Source of the DNA: Patescibacteria group bacterium
GTDB lineage: Bacteria > Patescibacteriota > Microgenomatia > Levybacterales > UBA12049
Length of the DNA stretch: 64,000 nt
Assembly (NCBI GenBank): GCA_038061615.1
Contig: JBBTYY010000015.1
Span: 1,298 to 65,297 of the forward strand
Direction: 5' to 3'
Below the pieces are notes generated by a model. That model was given only the letters and a program-made list of their open reading frames with translations. It had not been told where the DNA came from and did not search any database. Positions 61,256-64,000 of this stretch are shown here, piece by piece; the first letter of the stretch is position 1, and the number at the start of each line of letters is the position of its first letter. Position numbers and translations under genes: made by a program.

Positions 61256-62979
61256 AATTCATAGGCAACAAGAGTTGGCTCTCCGTTTAAAAGATAAAAC
61301 GTTTTTAAAATTTTTGCGTTATTAGGTGTATTTTGTGCAGAATTTACGTAAAGAACTTTTTTATTTGATACATCTTTTAAATCTTTTAAGAAACGGTATT
61401 TGCCATATCCTTTCACATTTACAAAACCAAAAACTTCTCTTTCAACCTTTGCGGTTTTTTTAAATTCTCCGGGGGGGGTTTTTGTATAAAATAAATAATA
61501 AATATAAGGCCTGCCCAGCTCGGTAGTAATATTTATTTGGTCATAATTGCCATAAACACTTGATACATAATTGATAGATTCTTTATATCCATATTGCCAT
61601 TCACCCGAATATATTCTTTTGTAGTGAACTAAATAGTCATGATAGAAGTATAAAAAGTTTATAAGAAGTAAGACGTAAGATATAAAACTAATTGTTATAA
61701 ATAATTTCCCTTTTAGAAAATTCTTAAGTCTTAAGTCATAAGTCTTAAGTCCTGAAATGAAATGATAGAATCCATAAGCTGTGAGGATCTGAAATGTTGG
61801 TAAGACAGTCTCAATTCTTAAAGCATGGGGCGTTTCTCTCGCTGTTGCTGCCGGAATAATGCCGACAATAAGCCAGATAGGAATTATCCACCATAAACCC
61901 TCTCTTTTTCTAATTAAGAATAAAATGCCTGCTATGAAAAAAGGAAGATCCCATAAAAACATTTCTCCGACTGTTTGAGTGGAAAATTTAGGATTACCAT
62001 CGCCCCTTATGAACAAAAAGTTGGGGCTTAGGTTATCGAAATAATGTTTTATATATTCAACCCCATAAACAAGTCTTCTGTTGTGAATTAGTTTTGACCA
62101 AAAAGCGTTATTATCATTTGCAATTTCTTGGTTTGATGTTTTAATTACGTTTATATCCGAAAAAATATTTACCTCTTTAAAACGGAGACTCGCTTGCGGA
62201 GTCAAGATAAATTGCGCAAGGGGTATAATCATAATTAAGCCGATCAGGGAAGCTATAACAACTTCTTTCTTTCTATCAAAAAGTTCTTTCCTAAAACCTA
62301 TTGCCAAACCCAAAATAAGAAGCGGTGCCACAACTCTTGCGGTATTGAATGTATACATTGACAAAATAAAAGAAATTACAGAAAGAGAAAGCAATAATAA
62401 AAACCTTAACCCTAGGGCGTCAATAGGTTTCCACCCCCGGGGTGGAAACGAGGCTGCACCTTGGGATTTTACAGAATTTACTGCGGTTAGAAACAAAAAA
62501 ACACCCAAGACAATAAAAAATGTGGCAACATTTGCTTCGAATGCGGCGCGGGAAAGCATAATATGCCAAGGAGATATCGCAAGTATTAATGCTGACATTA
62601 GGGCATAAAATTCTTTTAATTTTGATTTCCAAAAAATTCTTTTGACTAAAAAATAAGTTGCAATAACCGTTAATACTCCAAACAGAGCAGAGGGAAATCT
62701 AACCGCAAATTCATTAAGTCCGAATATTTTAACAGGTAATACATCTAAATAAGCATAAACCGGAGGCTTGAAGTCTCCAAAAGATTCAAGGTAATCAAGA
62801 GGTAAAAATCTTCCGAATTCATCTCTACCATCAATCCCTATTGAGTAAGCATTATATCCCCAAGCCGCCTCATCCCACGTGAGAGAAGGAGGATTATTGC
62901 CTAGCTGATAAAATCGCAGGAAAAAAGCTAAAAAAATAATTCCAGCAAGAATAATAAATGTTTTGCTTCTAATACTCAT
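61252..62979 (-). CDS. PMT/ArnT-type (GT39/83-like) GT-C glycosyltransferase
   Basis: WDEAAWGYNAYS, GRDEFG, DFKPP and SPWHIMLSRAAFE. Confidence 0.85.
   Translation of the reverse strand: MSIRSKTFIILAGIIFLAFFLRFYQLGNNPPSLTWDEAAWGYNAYSIGIDGRDEFGRFLPLDYLESFGDFKPPVYAYLDVLPVKIFGLNEFAVRFPSALFGVLTVIATYFLVKRIFWKSKLKEFYALMSALILAISPWHIMLSRAAFEANVATFFIVLGVFLFLTAVNSVKSQGAASFPPRGWKPIDALGLRFLLLLSLSVISFILSMYTFNTARVVAPLLILGLAIGFRKELFDRKKEVVIASLIGLIMIIPLAQFILTPQASLRFKEVNIFSDINVIKTSNQEIANDNNAFWSKLIHNRRLVYGVEYIKHYFDNLSPNFLFIRGDGNPKFSTQTVGEMFLWDLPFFIAGILFLIRKREGLWWIIPIWLIVGIIPAATARETPHALRIETVLPTFQILTAYGFYHFISGLKTYDLRLKNFLKGKLFITISFISYVLLLINFLYFYHDYLVHYKRIYSGEWQYGYKESINYVSSVYGNYDQINITTELGRPYIYYLFYTKTPPGEFKKTAKVEREVFGFVNVKGYGKYRFLKDLKDVSNKKVLYVNSAQNTPNNAKILKTFYLLNGEPTLVAYEL
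61662..61756. repeat. inverted pair of heptamer arrays in frame
   Basis: taagaag taagacg taagata taaaact, 32 nt, tcttaag tcttaag tcataag tcttaag tcctgaa. Confidence 0.85.
62410..62465. repeat. GC-rich palindromic (REP-like) in-frame insertion
   Basis: Perfect 11-bp inverted repeat GTTTCCACCCC-C-GGGGTGGAAAC at 62427-62449, inside an imperfect outer stem. Confidence 0.75.
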
Positions 62980-63000
62980 GCAATCTCTTTTTTTGTTTAA

Positions 63001-64000
63001 TTAATTTTTATAAATCTTCCAAACGGTATGCAGGGGCTCTCCTACTTGAATTATTGACTTTATCGGCTCGGTTGTGGTTTCTTTGTAACAGTCACCAGGA
63101 ATCACATACAAAGTATTTGGAGGCAGGTAAATTCTTGGGTCAAATGGTTTATTGTATGTTTTTATACAATTGCCGATAAAATAAATATTTTCCAGTCTTT
63201 TACTTCTATATGCGGCCTGAACTATATTTGGATCTTCACGATTAAAAAGCGCATACTGCATAAGCAATCCTCCTTCATTAGCGATATAAACTTGTTTATA
63301 GTTGTCTTTCTCTTGCGCAATGTATTCACTGACATCTCTTGAACCTCTCAACCATGCCTCTGCGCCATAAATACTATATCGATAATGATATTGATAGAGA
63401 TATCCTGTTATTAAAAATGCGTATAGTAAAATAAAGGCGCTTGTGAAAATGGCTGAATAAATTTTTTCTATCTTCCTAAGCCTTGCAAACATTTCATATA
63501 TTCCACATCCTACAATAATAGATAGGAATGGCAACATCATTATGCTTCGCAATCCATATGATTTATCAATGGTAATTGTTGATGGAATGGGAGCGATTAG
63601 AAGACCAAGAATGAGAAAATTTCTTATTTTTTTTGTACGCAAAACATAAGCAATACCAAAGAACAATAAAGGAAGCTCAATAATATACATTATTCCCCTA
63701 TTGCTAATACCAAAAACCTCTTTACTATCCCCAATCTCGCCATATAAAAAAAGATACTGTGGTGAAAATGCCTCAAGATAATTTTCTCGTATTATACGTA
63801 GAAAGGCTAAAGGCTTATTGCTAAATATATTGCGTAAAATAAGAGGAGCAGTGTTGTAAGTTCGTTCTGTATTGATTAAATTTGTAATCTCGCTAGTATT
63901 TTTTGTAAGAAGAACTTTTTGTCTATTTACATTCTGTGCATAAAAAACATATAAAAAAGATGAAGCTATTAAAATTATCCCTGCTATAAAAATAAACATT
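63001..64000 (-). CDS. PMT/ArnT-type GT-C glycosyltransferase, C-terminal part (start beyond window)
   Basis: FSPQYLFLYG, LLIAPIPS and LRSIMMLP align with the C-halves of the two downstream paralogs. Confidence 0.75.
   Translation of the reverse strand, partial: MFIFIAGIILIASSFLYVFYAQNVNRQKVLLTKNTSEITNLINTERTYNTAPLILRNIFSNKPLAFLRIIRENYLEAFSPQYLFLYGEIGDSKEVFGISNRGIMYIIELPLLFFGIAYVLRTKKIRNFLILGLLIAPIPSTITIDKSYGLRSIMMLPFLSIIVGCGIYEMFARLRKIEKIYSAIFTSAFILLYAFLITGYLYQYHYRYSIYGAEAWLRGSRDVSEYIAQEKDNYKQVYIANEGGLLMQYALFNREDPNIVQAAYRSKRLENIYFIGNCIKTYNKPFDPRIYLPPNTLYVIPGDCYKETTTEPIKSIIQVGEPLHTVWKIYKN

Overview
AT-rich, gene-dense bacterial DNA (standard code 11) that is almost entirely one very large cell-surface glycosylation locus of about 60 genes, nearly all on the minus strand. 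It holds NDP-sugar biosynthesis enzymes (RfbF/RfbG-like, two His-type DegT dehydratases, split transketolase, Fcl-like, PseB-like, GalE, cupins, formyltransferase, C-methyltransferases), about 15 GT2/GT4 enzymes, a Wzx-type flippase and about 14 polytopic GT-C-type membrane proteins. Gene style suggests a Patescibacteria/CPR (Microgenomates-like) genome (inference). I saw no rRNA, tRNA, CRISPR array, transposase or reverse transcriptase. The most unusual signal is a dispersed system of 7-bp tandem arrays. They bracket both four-helix-bundle (TIGR02436/Avd-like) genes, and one pair is inverted and supplies stop codons. They also recur as in-frame insertions in many glycosylation genes, with the stop-bearing unit altered. 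One array hosts two 30-bp GC-rich hairpins inserted at the same heptamer position. Eight genes have a -10 hexamer exactly 6 nt before the start codon, suggesting leaderless mRNAs. Product names come from motif recognition by eye, not database searches.
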